From positions 1-53,750 of the forward strand of contig JAFMKX010000002.1 of assembly GCA_017852615.1 (NCBI GenBank): a DNA stretch of 53,750 nt, given 5' to 3'. Below the pieces are notes generated by a model. That model was not told the origin of the DNA. It did not search any database and saw nothing but the letters and a program-made list of their open reading frames with translations. The position numbers and the translations under genes were made by a program. Source of the stretch: Pontimonas sp. GTDB lineage: Bacteria > Actinomycetota > Actinomycetes > Actinomycetales > Microbacteriaceae. Below, piece by piece: positions 1 to 9,700 of the stretch; position 1 is the first letter of the stretch; every line of letters begins with the position of its first letter.

Positions 1-442
1 CACCCAGGACGAGGAAAATATCGGCCACGTTCCCGACAAAAATTCCTGAGTAGTCAATGAAGTCCACAATGTGACCCACGGCGAAACCGGGGTCGCGGAA
101 TAACCGGTCCCCGAGATGGCTGATGGCTCCTCCGAGCAAGGAGGCAATACCTATGCCCCAGGCAGCACTGGTGTTGCGCAGGGCAAAAATGACTAACCCG
201 ACGACCGCTACTCCCGCAAAAATAGTGAGCACCCAGGTGTAATCGGCGGCCAGACCAAAGGCGGCACCCGGGTTATACACCAAGCGCCAGCCGAGCAGAT
301 CGCCGAGCAGTGGGTGGTATTCGCGAAGAACCAGAGTCGTTTCTGCCCACCACTTGGTCGCCTGATCGAGAAGAACAATGGCGAGGGCACCTAACCCCAC
401 CACGAGGCGAAGTCGATGCGCTGGCGCAGTGGTCTTGGTCAC
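1..442 (-). CDS. lspA: Lipoprotein signal peptidase II (runs off the window start, 3' end missing)
   Basis: Hand translation from GTG 442 (AGGAG upstream): LLDQATKWWA...VYNPGAAFG...GGAISHLGDRLF...GHIVDFIDY...GNVADIF, which are peptidase A8 motifs. Not in the supplied ORF track. Confidence 0.85.
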   Translation of the reverse strand, partial: MTKTTAPAHRLRLVVGLGALAIVLLDQATKWWAETTLVLREYHPLLGDLLGWRLVYNPGAAFGLAADYTWVLTIFAGVAVVGLVIFALRNTSAAWGIGIASLLGGAISHLGDRLFRDPGFAVGHIVDFIDYSGIFVGNVADIFLVLG

Positions 443-519
443 ACAATCTCCTGTGCCATCAAAGGGCTGGCACACGGGCCAGGGGTCACCCTCGAGTATT
501 CCATGCCTTGCGAGGGGCG

Positions 520-1020
520 CTATCGATTTTCCACGTCAAGGCTCAAGGCTCGAAGAGCGTTGGCCACAAGGGCTTGATCATTTTTGTCCAGTGCACCGAG
601 GAGTTCTTGTTCGGCCTGGACCAGCGTGGCAAAGGCTGTGTCCACCGCGATAAGACCCTCCCTGGTGAGTTTCACCACAACACCCCGGCCATCATCCGGG
701 TCGGAGGATCGAGTGACGAAACCCCGTTTTTCTAGCTTGGTGAGACGGTGGGTCATGGCGCCGGAGCTGACCAGCGTCTGGGCTATCAGTGCACCGGGGC
801 TTTGCTGATAGGGAGCTCCCGCGCGGCGCAGGGCAGCCAACACGTCAAATTCCCAGGATTCGAGCTGGGAAGTTTTGAAGGCTTCTTTGCGAAACCGATC
901 GACTCTTTTGGCAATGCGCGTCACCCGAGATAGCACTTCTAGCGGGGAAACATCCAGATCTGGTCGCTCCCTGCGCCACGCAGAAACAATGCGATCCACA
1001 TCATCACCGGGCGTAGTCAT
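520..1020 (-). CDS. MarR-family transcriptional regulator (UrtR/TamR-like)
   Basis: DDVDRIVSAWRRERPDLD N-terminal helix, WEFDVLAALRR, SGAMTHRLTKLE, DPDDGRG. Start set at ATG 1020 because the longer ORF overlaps a tRNA. Confidence 0.9.
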   Translation of the reverse strand: MTTPGDDVDRIVSAWRRERPDLDVSPLEVLSRVTRIAKRVDRFRKEAFKTSQLESWEFDVLAALRRAGAPYQQSPGALIAQTLVSSGAMTHRLTKLEKRGFVTRSSDPDDGRGVVVKLTREGLIAVDTAFATLVQAEQELLGALDKNDQALVANALRALSLDVENR

Positions 1021-1068
1021 CACACCATTATCCGACCTCTGGCACAATAGGGGAGGCCTTTGGGTCAT

Positions 1069-1143
1069 TCCGCCTTGGTGTAACGGCAGCACGACAGCCT
1101 TTGGAGCTGTTAGGTCTAGGTTCGAATCCTGGGGGCGGAGCCA
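1069..1143 (+). tRNA. tRNA-Gln (TTG), CCA encoded
   Basis: Acceptor TCCGCCT/GGGCGGA, anticodon arm ACAGC-CTTTGGA-GCTGT, T-loop GTTCGAATC; usual position upstream of glmU. Confidence 0.95.
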
Positions 1144-1200
1144 CGGAGAGCATGTCCGTGAGTCACCACGATCGTGACCAGATGGGCTTAAATGGTGGGT

Positions 1201-2640
1201 ATGACCAAACAGGCGCTCGCAGTGGTGGTCCTTGCGGCCGGGGCCGGTACCCGAATGAAATCTGCCACCCCCAAGGTGTTGCATGAGGTGGCCGGGCTTC
1301 CCCTGATTGGCCATGTGCTCTCCACCGCTAGCGCGTTAGAGCCCGATCACATTGCGGTGGTGTTGCGTCATGAACGCGATGCTGTCGCGGCCGTGGTGGA
1401 CCAGTTCGCTCCCGATGCTCTCTTGGTTGATCAAGATGATGTGCCGGGAACGGGACGTGCCGTGGAAGTGGCGCTTGCCGCATTGCCCTCGTCGTTTGCT
1501 GGAGACGTCCTCGTGGTCTCCGGCGATGTTCCGCTCTTGGATTCCGACACACTGCGGGCGGTGCTCGATCATCACCGCACGCAGGGAGTTGGCGCAACCT
1601 TGCTCTCAACCGTGCCAGACGACCCCACCGGGTACGGTCGTGTGATTCGTGATGATCACGGTGACGTCCTTCGCATTGTCGAACACAGCGATGCCACCGA
1701 GGCCGAAATAGCACTCACCGAAGTCAATGCGGGAACCTATGTTTTTGACCGTGGTGCTCTCACCACGGCCTTGGCCGCCGTGGGGACCAAGAATGCCCAG
1801 GGGGAAAAATACCTCACCGATGTGATGGAGACGCTTCGCTCCCAGGACGTGAAGGTGCATGCCATCCGGGTGGAAGACGACTGGTTGCTTCAGGGCATCA
1901 ACAACAGAGTTCAGCTCGCCGAGGTCCACGCCCACCTCAACGCAATGATTATTCGCGGGTGGCAATTAGCGGGAGTCAGCATCGTTGATCCTTCGAGTAC
2001 CTGGATTGATGTGGGTGTGGAGTTGGCCGAAGATGTGGAAATTCTTCCCGGTGTGCAACTTTTGGGCGCCACCCAGGTGGGTGCGGGAGCCACGATTGGC
2101 CCGGATAGCACCCTGCGAGACACGGTGGTGGGTCCTCGAGCCCGCGTCGTGCGCACCCACGCCGAGGGAGCTCATATCGACCAGGACGCCACCGTGGGTC
2201 CCTTCAGCTTCCTGCGCCCCGGTGCGCACCTTGGCCCCGAAGCCAAGGTGGGTGCTTTCGTCGAGATCAAGAATTCCACGTTGCACCGAGGCGCCAAGGT
2301 TCCTCACTTGAGCTACATCGGCGATGCCGATATCGGCGAAGGCACCAACATTGGTGCCGGTGCGATTACCGCCAATTACGACGGGGTGAACAAGAACCGC
2401 ACCACGATTGGTGCTCACGTGCGCACGGGTTCCCACACTGTGTTTGTCGCCCCCGTGGAATTGGGAGATGGTTCCTACAGCGCCGCCGGCGCCGTCGTGC
2501 GCCGCGCCGTTCCCCCCGGCGCGTTAGCCATGAGTGTGAGTTCTCAGCGCAACCTAGAAGGTTGGGTTGAAGCCAACCGAGAAGGCTCGCCGTCTGCCAC
2601 CGCCGCTTCGAAGGCCCAGAGCGGTAAAAATAAACAATGA
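1201..2640 (+). CDS. glmU: Bifunctional UDP-GlcNAc pyrophosphorylase / glucosamine-1-P acetyltransferase
   Basis: LAAGAGTRMKS, GDVP, GYGR, EKYLTD, hexapeptide repeats, HLSYIGDA, NYDG. Confidence 0.97.
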   Translation: MTKQALAVVVLAAGAGTRMKSATPKVLHEVAGLPLIGHVLSTASALEPDHIAVVLRHERDAVAAVVDQFAPDALLVDQDDVPGTGRAVEVALAALPSSFAGDVLVVSGDVPLLDSDTLRAVLDHHRTQGVGATLLSTVPDDPTGYGRVIRDDHGDVLRIVEHSDATEAEIALTEVNAGTYVFDRGALTTALAAVGTKNAQGEKYLTDVMETLRSQDVKVHAIRVEDDWLLQGINNRVQLAEVHAHLNAMIIRGWQLAGVSIVDPSSTWIDVGVELAEDVEILPGVQLLGATQVGAGATIGPDSTLRDTVVGPRARVVRTHAEGAHIDQDATVGPFSFLRPGAHLGPEAKVGAFVEIKNSTLHRGAKVPHLSYIGDADIGEGTNIGAGAITANYDGVNKNRTTIGAHVRTGSHTVFVAPVELGDGSYSAAGAVVRRAVPPGALAMSVSSQRNLEGWVEANREGSPSATAASKAQSGKNKQ

Positions 2641-2681
2641 AGCATCTCCCGCCCACCACCCAGCGATAAGGCGATAATCCC

Positions 2682-3659
2682 GTGAGCATGATCTCCACCA
2701 CGTCCACAAAGAATCTTGTCCTGGTGAGCGGTCGCGCTCATCCCGAACTGGCGGAGCAGGTTGCCACAGAACTGGGCACCACCCTGGTTCCCACGGAGGC
2801 TCGCACTTTTTCTAACGGCGAAATTTATGCCCGATACGGGGACAGCGTTCGAGGCTGTGATGCCTTCGTCATCCAGGCTCACACCCAGCCCATCAATGAA
2901 TGGTTGATGGAACAGCTGATTATGGTCGACGCTCTGAAGCGCGCCAGTGCCAAGCGCATCACCGTGGTGGCTCCGTTTTATCCTTACGCGCGCCAAGATA
3001 AAAAAGGCCGCGGCCGCGAACCTATTTCTGCTCGATTGGTGGCAGATATGTTCAAAGCAGCGGGGGCTGATCGCATCATGAGCGTTGATTTGCACGCCGC
3101 TCAAATTCAAGGTTTTTTCGATGGCCCGGTGGATCACCTTTTTGCCATGCCCGTCTTGCTCGAGCACTTCAAGAAGCAGCTCGATCCCGCCACCCTCACC
3201 GTGGTCAGTCCCGATATGGGTCGGGTGCGAGTCGCTGATATTTGGAGTGACAAATTAGGCGCACCGCTGGCGATTATTCACAAGCGTCGCGACCCCCGTG
3301 TTCCCAACGAAGTATCCGTCCACGAAATTGTCGGTGAGGTAGAGGGTCGGGTGTGTTTGCTCGTCGATGACATGATCGACACTGGTCGCACGATCGCCAA
3401 GGGCGCCGAAGCTCTCAAAGACAACGGCGCCACTTCCGTTGTCGTGGCGGCCACCCACGCCGTGTTCTCTGACCCGGCGACCGAGGTGTTGCAATCCGAC
3501 TGGATTGATCAGGTCGTCGTGACCGACACCTTGCCTTTGGCCCAGGACAAGCGATGGGATCGCCTCACGGTGCTCCCCATTGCTCCGTTGTTAGCTCGCG
3601 CTATTCGGGAAGTTTTTGAAGATGGTTCTGTTACCTCCATGTTTGATGGAGCAGCCTAA
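2682..3659 (+). CDS. prs: Ribose-phosphate pyrophosphokinase
   Basis: FSNGEI, YARQDKK, DLHAAQIQGFF, VDDMIDTGRT; follows glmU. Confidence 0.97.
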   Translation: MSMISTTSTKNLVLVSGRAHPELAEQVATELGTTLVPTEARTFSNGEIYARYGDSVRGCDAFVIQAHTQPINEWLMEQLIMVDALKRASAKRITVVAPFYPYARQDKKGRGREPISARLVADMFKAAGADRIMSVDLHAAQIQGFFDGPVDHLFAMPVLLEHFKKQLDPATLTVVSPDMGRVRVADIWSDKLGAPLAIIHKRRDPRVPNEVSVHEIVGEVEGRVCLLVDDMIDTGRTIAKGAEALKDNGATSVVVAATHAVFSDPATEVLQSDWIDQVVVTDTLPLAQDKRWDRLTVLPIAPLLARAIREVFEDGSVTSMFDGAA

Positions 3660-4006
3660 CTTCCGCTCACCGGTACCAGACGTGGTGCTCCCGGAATAAC
3701 TCCAAGGTGCGCGACAAACGTTTCGTCGCTGTTAAATCCTTCGGCGTAACAATTCCAGCCCACGAGTCGCGGGTCCATAACCTGGAAACGGGCATGAGCA
3801 GCACTGGCACCGGGTGCGTAGTAGGCCACCGCAATCTCACACGCATAGGCGGCAGTTCTGGCTTGGGTACTCCAGGTGATTAGGATTCCCGGTAGGACCA
3901 AGCCCGCAATCGCCAGGCTCACCACAATGCGCATTCCGAGCACTCGAGCAGGGGAGTGCAGCGGACGATCGTCGGCGTCGTCAAAATTCTCGTTGTCGAT
4001 ACTCAT
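3656..4006 (-). CDS. Hypothetical membrane-anchored protein
   Basis: Fills the gap between prs and the permease; acidic N-terminus, one hydrophobic helix, two Cys in the C-terminal part. Start uncertain. Confidence 0.7.
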   Translation of the reverse strand: MSIDNENFDDADDRPLHSPARVLGMRIVVSLAIAGLVLPGILITWSTQARTAAYACEIAVAYYAPGASAAHARFQVMDPRLVGWNCYAEGFNSDETFVAHLGVIPGAPRLVPVSGS

Positions 4007-4045
4007 AGTCACCCACCAGTCTTTCACGCTGGCTATAGTGACGCC

Positions 4046-5281
4046 GTGGCGAAGTTAAGACGAACGCTGGGGCCGTGGGGTAGTGCGGGTATCGGTGCGG
4101 CGTCGATGGTGGGTGCCGGTGCATTTTATGTCTGGTCTCCTGCTGCGAGCCTTGCCGGGCGCTTTCTCCTCATATCGCTCGCCCTTGCGGGTGTCGTAGC
4201 GTTGCTCAACGCCATCACGATGGCTCAGCTGGCCCTGCAACATCCCGTTTCTGGTGGTGTCTATCACTATGCCCGCCGATATGTCTCGCCTCGCGCAGGG
4301 TTTCTTGCGGGATGGATGTTTATGCTCGGCAAAACTGCGTCGGCGGCAGCCATCGCTCTCATCGCTGCGCAGTACCTGGCGCCGGATCAGACCCGTCTTC
4401 TCGCAGCTTTGCTGATTGCCGTTTTTGCTGCCGCGAACCTGACCGGGCTTCGCACTACTGCTCGAATCAGTATTGGCCTGGTGTCCATTGTTGTCGTGGT
4501 CCTGGTGGCACTCATGGTGCAATCCCCCTGGAGGATGCCAGAGTTCGGTGTGCCCTCCGAGGTCAGTGTCTATGGTGTGGCCCAGGCGGCAGGATTAATA
4601 TTTTTTGCTTTTGCCGGTTATGCCCGCATGGCCACTCTGGGAGAAGAGGTGAAGAACCCCCGCGTGGTCTTACCTCGGGTGATCGTGGGGACTCTGGGGG
4701 CTGTGTTAGTTCTCTATGCGTTGCTCGCGTTGGCGTTGCTGGGCAGTGTGGGGGTCGAAGGCCTCGCTGCTAGTGCAACACCGGTGGCGGACATGGCACC
4801 GGATTCCTGGCGGCTCATGGTCGTTGCCGTGGCGTCTTTGGCAAGCCTGGGTTCGCTGGCTGCGATTCTTGCCGGATTATCACGAACGTCCATGGCCATG
4901 GCCCAGGAAGGCGATCTGCCTTCCTTTCTGGGCCTTGTGTGGGCGCGCACGTCATCGCCTGCCCGAGCAGAAATCACCATGGCTCTTGCTGCCATGACGC
5001 TGGCGCTCCTGGTGGATCCCCTGTGGCTAGTGGCGTTGTCCTCGAGTGCTGTGTTGAGCTATTACGCCATCGCACACCTTTGTGCCCTGGCCCAACCAGC
5101 GCATGAGCGCTTGGCACCGCGCCTGGTCGCTTGGACAGGGTTGGTGTTGTGTCTGGCGTTGGTCGCGGCGCTGCCGTGGCAATCTCTGGTGGCGGGAGCG
5201 CTGTGCCTGGCACTCGGTGTGATGGTCTTTGCGCGAGTCCAGGCTTACCAATCCCGAGGGCAGATAGACGAAGAGCCCTAG
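4046..5281 (+). CDS. APC-family amino acid permease
   Basis: About 12 hydrophobic segments, GAASMVGAG, SGGVYHYA, FFAFAGYARMATLGEEVKNP; GTG 4046 lies 6 nt after TATAGT. Confidence 0.9.
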   Translation: MAKLRRTLGPWGSAGIGAASMVGAGAFYVWSPAASLAGRFLLISLALAGVVALLNAITMAQLALQHPVSGGVYHYARRYVSPRAGFLAGWMFMLGKTASAAAIALIAAQYLAPDQTRLLAALLIAVFAAANLTGLRTTARISIGLVSIVVVVLVALMVQSPWRMPEFGVPSEVSVYGVAQAAGLIFFAFAGYARMATLGEEVKNPRVVLPRVIVGTLGAVLVLYALLALALLGSVGVEGLAASATPVADMAPDSWRLMVVAVASLASLGSLAAILAGLSRTSMAMAQEGDLPSFLGLVWARTSSPARAEITMALAAMTLALLVDPLWLVALSSSAVLSYYAIAHLCALAQPAHERLAPRLVAWTGLVLCLALVAALPWQSLVAGALCLALGVMVFARVQAYQSRGQIDEEP

Positions 5282-5305
5282 TCTGCGTTAGCATTGCGAG
5301 GTACT

Positions 5306-5381
5306 TCGGCGAGGAAGTGTTGTCAATACATCACTTCGTAATCGACGCGGTGGAGCGGGCTCCCAAGGTCTCTCCTCACGC
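5306..5381 (+). promoter_or_regulatory. Structured rplY leader (candidate L25-binding r-leader)
   Basis: Hairpin TCGG/TCGA and GAAGTG/CACTTC enclosing a CGAG/GTAA internal loop (5306-5345), followed by a second imperfect hairpin. Confidence 0.55.
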
Positions 5382-5433
5382 TAGGGCGTTGCAGTGGCAG
5401 GAATCTTAAACCTCAAAGGGAGCAGTATTTATC

Positions 5434-6078
5434 ATGGCTGAGAATCACGTAGACGCGGATATCCGCACCTCGTTTGGCAAAGGCGCAGCGCGCAAACTCC
5501 GCGCTGCAGGGAAAATTCCCGCTGTGGTCTATGGCCACGGCGCAGAACCACTTCACGTGGCAATCCCCGCCCACGAAACGACACTGATTGCCCGTCGGGC
5601 AAACGCGTTGATCGATTTGAAGATGACCGACTCGCAGCAGCTTGTGCTGATCAAAGACATTCAGCGCGATCCAGTTCGCCAGATCATCGAACACGTTGAC
5701 CTGGTCATCGTGCGCAAGGGTGAGAAAGTTACCGTGGACATCGCTGTGCACATTGAAGGTGACCCGGTCTCAGGCACCATGGTCCAGCTCGAGCACAACA
5801 CGATCAGCGTGGAAGCAGAAGCTACCCACATTCCTGAATCGGTCACAGTCAATGTCGAGGGCTTCGCTGAGGGAACTCAAGTTCGCGCCAGCGACATCGC
5901 TCTTCCCGATGGCTCCACATTGGTCAGCGTTGCTGAGATGTTGATCCTGACTGTTCAGCAGCCACCCAAGGCTGAAGAGGCTGCTCCTGCGGCCAGCGAA
6001 GAGGGCGACGCCGCTGCTTCTGCTGAGTCCAGCGATGATTCCTCGGGCTCCGGTGGCGATGACGCTGGTGGCGAATAG
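5434..6078 (+). CDS. rplY: 50S ribosomal protein L25 / general stress protein Ctc
   Basis: RTSFGKGAARKLRAAGKIPAVVYGHG, IQRDPV, HVDL, acidic tail; upstream of pth. Confidence 0.97.
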   Translation: MAENHVDADIRTSFGKGAARKLRAAGKIPAVVYGHGAEPLHVAIPAHETTLIARRANALIDLKMTDSQQLVLIKDIQRDPVRQIIEHVDLVIVRKGEKVTVDIAVHIEGDPVSGTMVQLEHNTISVEAEATHIPESVTVNVEGFAEGTQVRASDIALPDGSTLVSVAEMLILTVQQPPKAEEAAPAASEEGDAAASAESSDDSSGSGGDDAGGE

Positions 6079-6080
6079 TC

Positions 6081-6710
6081 CTGTTTGGGCGATTTGGCTC
6101 CCAGCGCGAAAGCGCAACCTCCCAGTGGCTCATTGTGGGGCTGGGAAATCCTGGTAGCCAATACGAGTACACGCGACACAACGTAGGCCACCGGGTTATT
6201 GCCGGCTGCGCTCACAGTGCGGGTGTGGGATTCTCGAAATTCAAGACCCATGGTGTCCAGGCATCGATAACACACCCTTCGGGGGTGAGTCTTCGCCTGG
6301 CCACCCTGAGCAGTTTTATGAATCGATCTGGTCGCCCGGTGGGCGCCATGATGGCGTTTAACAAGATTCCTGCGAGCAACCTCATCGTGGTCCATGACGA
6401 ACTCGATTTAGCGCCCGGAGTAGTCCGGTTGAAATTTGGCGGGGGCCATGCCGGACACAATGGGCTTCGCGATATTTCCCAGGTGCTGGGAACGAGTGAT
6501 TTTTTTCGGGTGCGGGTGGGGATTGGTAGGCCTGAACCTCGTCGCAGTGCCGCGGATTATGTCCTAGGTCGATTCAGCCCAGACGAAGAAGCTCTGTTGC
6601 CCGACGTGATTTCGCTGTGCTGCCACGCCATTGAAGCGATCGCGGTCCAGGGTTTAGAAACTGCTCAAGGACTGATTCACCCTCAGACTGGCAAGACCCA
6701 GGCAACCTAG
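6081..6710 (+). CDS. pth: Peptidyl-tRNA hydrolase (start uncertain: CTG 6081 versus GTG 6135)
   Basis: WLIVGLGNPG, TRHNVG, FMNRSG, VVHDELDL, GGHAGHNGLRDI, RVRVGIGRP. Confidence 0.93.
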   Translation: MFGRFGSQRESATSQWLIVGLGNPGSQYEYTRHNVGHRVIAGCAHSAGVGFSKFKTHGVQASITHPSGVSLRLATLSSFMNRSGRPVGAMMAFNKIPASNLIVVHDELDLAPGVVRLKFGGGHAGHNGLRDISQVLGTSDFFRVRVGIGRPEPRRSAADYVLGRFSPDEEALLPDVISLCCHAIEAIAVQGLETAQGLIHPQTGKTQAT

Positions 6711-6720
6711 ACTTCCTCAA

Positions 6721-9700
6721 GTGAGTCTTCGCTTTATTCCCTCGTGGCTAACCGAGGATGACGCTTTTGCCCAGGCCCTCGATGCCACCAGTGAGGGAGG
6801 CCAATTAGTGGTGCCCGCGGGTGCTTATGCGCCCGTGGTGGCCAGCTCTGCCGCACAACGCGGGGCCGGCTCGGTCACCGTGGTGGTCTGTGCGACGGGG
6901 CGTGAGTCTGACTCTCTGCGAGACCAGTTGCGAAGCTTGGTGGAGGAGGGCACTGAGGTGCTTGATTTTCCCGCCTGGGAAACGTTGCCGCATGAACGCC
7001 TCAGCCCCCACCCGGAAACCACCGCCCGCAGGCGGAGTGCTCTGCGAGCGCTGTGGCAGGCGGGGCGCAATCCCCGGCGCAATTCGTTGATTGTGGTGGC
7101 CTCCATCCGCGCTCTGGTGCAACGCATAAACCCCGAGATTGCTCGTTTCACGCCGTGGATAGCCCTCGAGGGCAGCAGTGAGCACTCTCTGGGCGAATGG
7201 GTGTCCTATCTGCTGGAGGCTGCCTATCAGCGCGTGGATTTAGTGACTCGTCGCGGTGAGTTTGCGCTTCGTGGGGGAATCCTGGATGTGTTTCCACCCC
7301 TGTCAGACCATCCGCTCCGGCTTGATTTCTTTGGCGACACCATCGAGAACATGACGTATTTCACGGTCTCGGATCAGCGCTCACTTCCCGATCACGTGAG
7401 CTCGCTCTCGCTGGAGCCCGCCCGAGAAATGCTGATTACCGACACGGTGAAAGCCAAGGCGCGTGAATTGGCGGGGGAATATCCCGGATTGGGGACCCTC
7501 TTAGAAAAAATCGCAGAGGGAATCCCTAGTGAAGGGATGGAATCGCTGCAACCCTTGCTGGTGGGCACTCTTGTCGCTCCCGCGAGTCTGGCTCCCGAGG
7601 ACGCCGTCTTTATCGAAGTCTCTTCTCAAAAAGTTGCGGCACGTGCCGAGATCTTGCACCACACCAATCGAGAGTTTCTCCAGGCAGCCTGGGAGGCAGC
7701 CGCACTCACCGGCACGAACGCACCGGTGGATCTTGCTTCGGGGGATTTCCTTTCCCGTGACGAGGTATTAGCCAGTGTTTCGCCAAGGCCCTGGATTTCG
7801 TTGGACTCCCTGGACACCGGGGATGTGGCTTCCGTGCGCGTGGAGGCGGCGGCTCTTCCCATAGGGACTCCGGGGTCTGAAGAAATCTGGGATTTTGTGG
7901 CCCAGCGGGCCAGGGCCGGTGATCGCGTGGTGTGCGTGATGGCGGGGCATGGCCTGATCGAGCGCACCGGAGATCTGTTGGGGGAGCGCGATATTCCTCA
8001 CCGCAGCGATGATTCGCCGAATCCGTCGATGACGCCGGGCGTGGTGTTGATTGTTCAGGGCGCGCTCGCCGAGGGCTTGTGGCTGCCCGGTGCCGGTCTC
8101 GTGGTGGTGAGCGAAAAAGAACTCTTTGGTAAAGCGGTGAGTGCTTCGCCCCGGAGTAATCGAACCTTGGCTACCAAGCGCACCCGGGTGGTGGATCCTC
8201 TGCAATTGAGCGCTGGGGACTATGTCGTGCACGACACCCACGGTGTGGGCAAGTTTGTGGAGTTAGTGTCCCGGGAAGTATCCACGGGGGGTCGTGATGC
8301 GATCAAGAGTCTTCGTGAGTTTGTGGTGATGGAATATGCGCCCAGTAAACGAGGCGGCCCACCCGATCGACTCTCGGTGCCCACGGATCAGCTTCATTTG
8401 CTCAGTCACTACGTGGGCAGCGATCAGCCCACCCTGTCGAAAATGGGCGGGTCTGACTGGGCTGCCACCAAGGGCAAGGCCCGCAAGGCGGTTCGTGAAT
8501 TAGCCGTCGATTTAGTGAAGCTCTATTCCGCGCGGATGTCGGCACCGGGTTTTGCTTTTTCTCCCGACACTCCCTGGCAGCGTGAGCTGGAAGAAGCGTT
8601 CCCGTTTGTCGAAACTCCGGATCAACTCACCACCATTGATGAGGTGAAAGCCGATATGGAGCGGCCGATTCCGATGGATCGCCTCATTGCCGGGGACGTG
8701 GGGTTTGGTAAAACGGAGGTGGCTGTTCGAGCTGCGTTCAAAGCCGTTCAGGATGGCAAGCAGGTAGCTCTGATTGCGCCCACAACCTTGTTGGTCAAGC
8801 AACACATGGAAACCTTCCAAGAGCGCTATGCGCCCTTTCCCGTGGTGGTGCGAGCGCTGTCTCGGTTCCAGACCGAGAGCGAGGCTAAAGCAGTCATTGC
8901 TGGCCTCGCCGATGGCAGTGTGGATGTCGTTATTGGAACGCATCGGTTGTTATCCAAGTCGGTGGCCTTCAAAGACTTGGGCTTGATCATCATCGATGAA
9001 GAGCAACGATTTGGAGTGGAACACAAAGACTCGCTCAAAGCACTCAAGACCAATGTGGATGTCCTCGCTATGAGCGCGACACCAATCCCTCGGACCCTGG
9101 AGATGGCGGTCACCGGGATTCGAGAGATGTCCACGCTGGCCACCCCGCCCGAGCAGCGTCATCCCATTTTGACCTTTGTGGGCCCCTATCACGAGGCCCA
9201 AGTGGTGGCAGCGATTAGGCGGGAGCTTCTGCGCGAAGGTCAAGTGTTCTTTGTTCATAATCGCGTCTCCAGCATTAACAAGGTGGCAGCCCGGGTGGCA
9301 GAACTAGTGCCCGAAGCGCGCGTCGCGATTGCGCATGGACAAATGCCCGAGTCGGAACTTGAAGCCACCATGGTGGATTTCTGGGAGCGACGCTTCGACG
9401 TGCTGGTCTCGACCACGATTATCGAAACGGGCTTGGATGTGACCAATGCCAATACGTTGATTATTGACCGCGCGGAGCGATATGGCCTCTCCCAGCTCCA
9501 CCAATTACGCGGACGCGTGGGGCGAGGTCGCGAACGCGGATACGCCTACTTGCTCTATGACCAAGATCTGCCGATGGGCGAAAATGCCCACGACCGGCTG
9601 GCCACGTTGGCAGCCACCACTGATCTTGGTGGGGGTACCCGGATTGCGTTGAAGGACTTAGAAATGCGAGGGGCAGGAAACCTCCTCGGTGCTGAACAAG

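Noticed and set aside
1021-1314. N-terminal extension of the MarR ORF
   Set aside because: It overlaps tRNA-Gln and the start of glmU.
5970-6075. Low-complexity acidic repeat-like stretch
   Set aside because: Normal disordered tail of Ctc-type L25.
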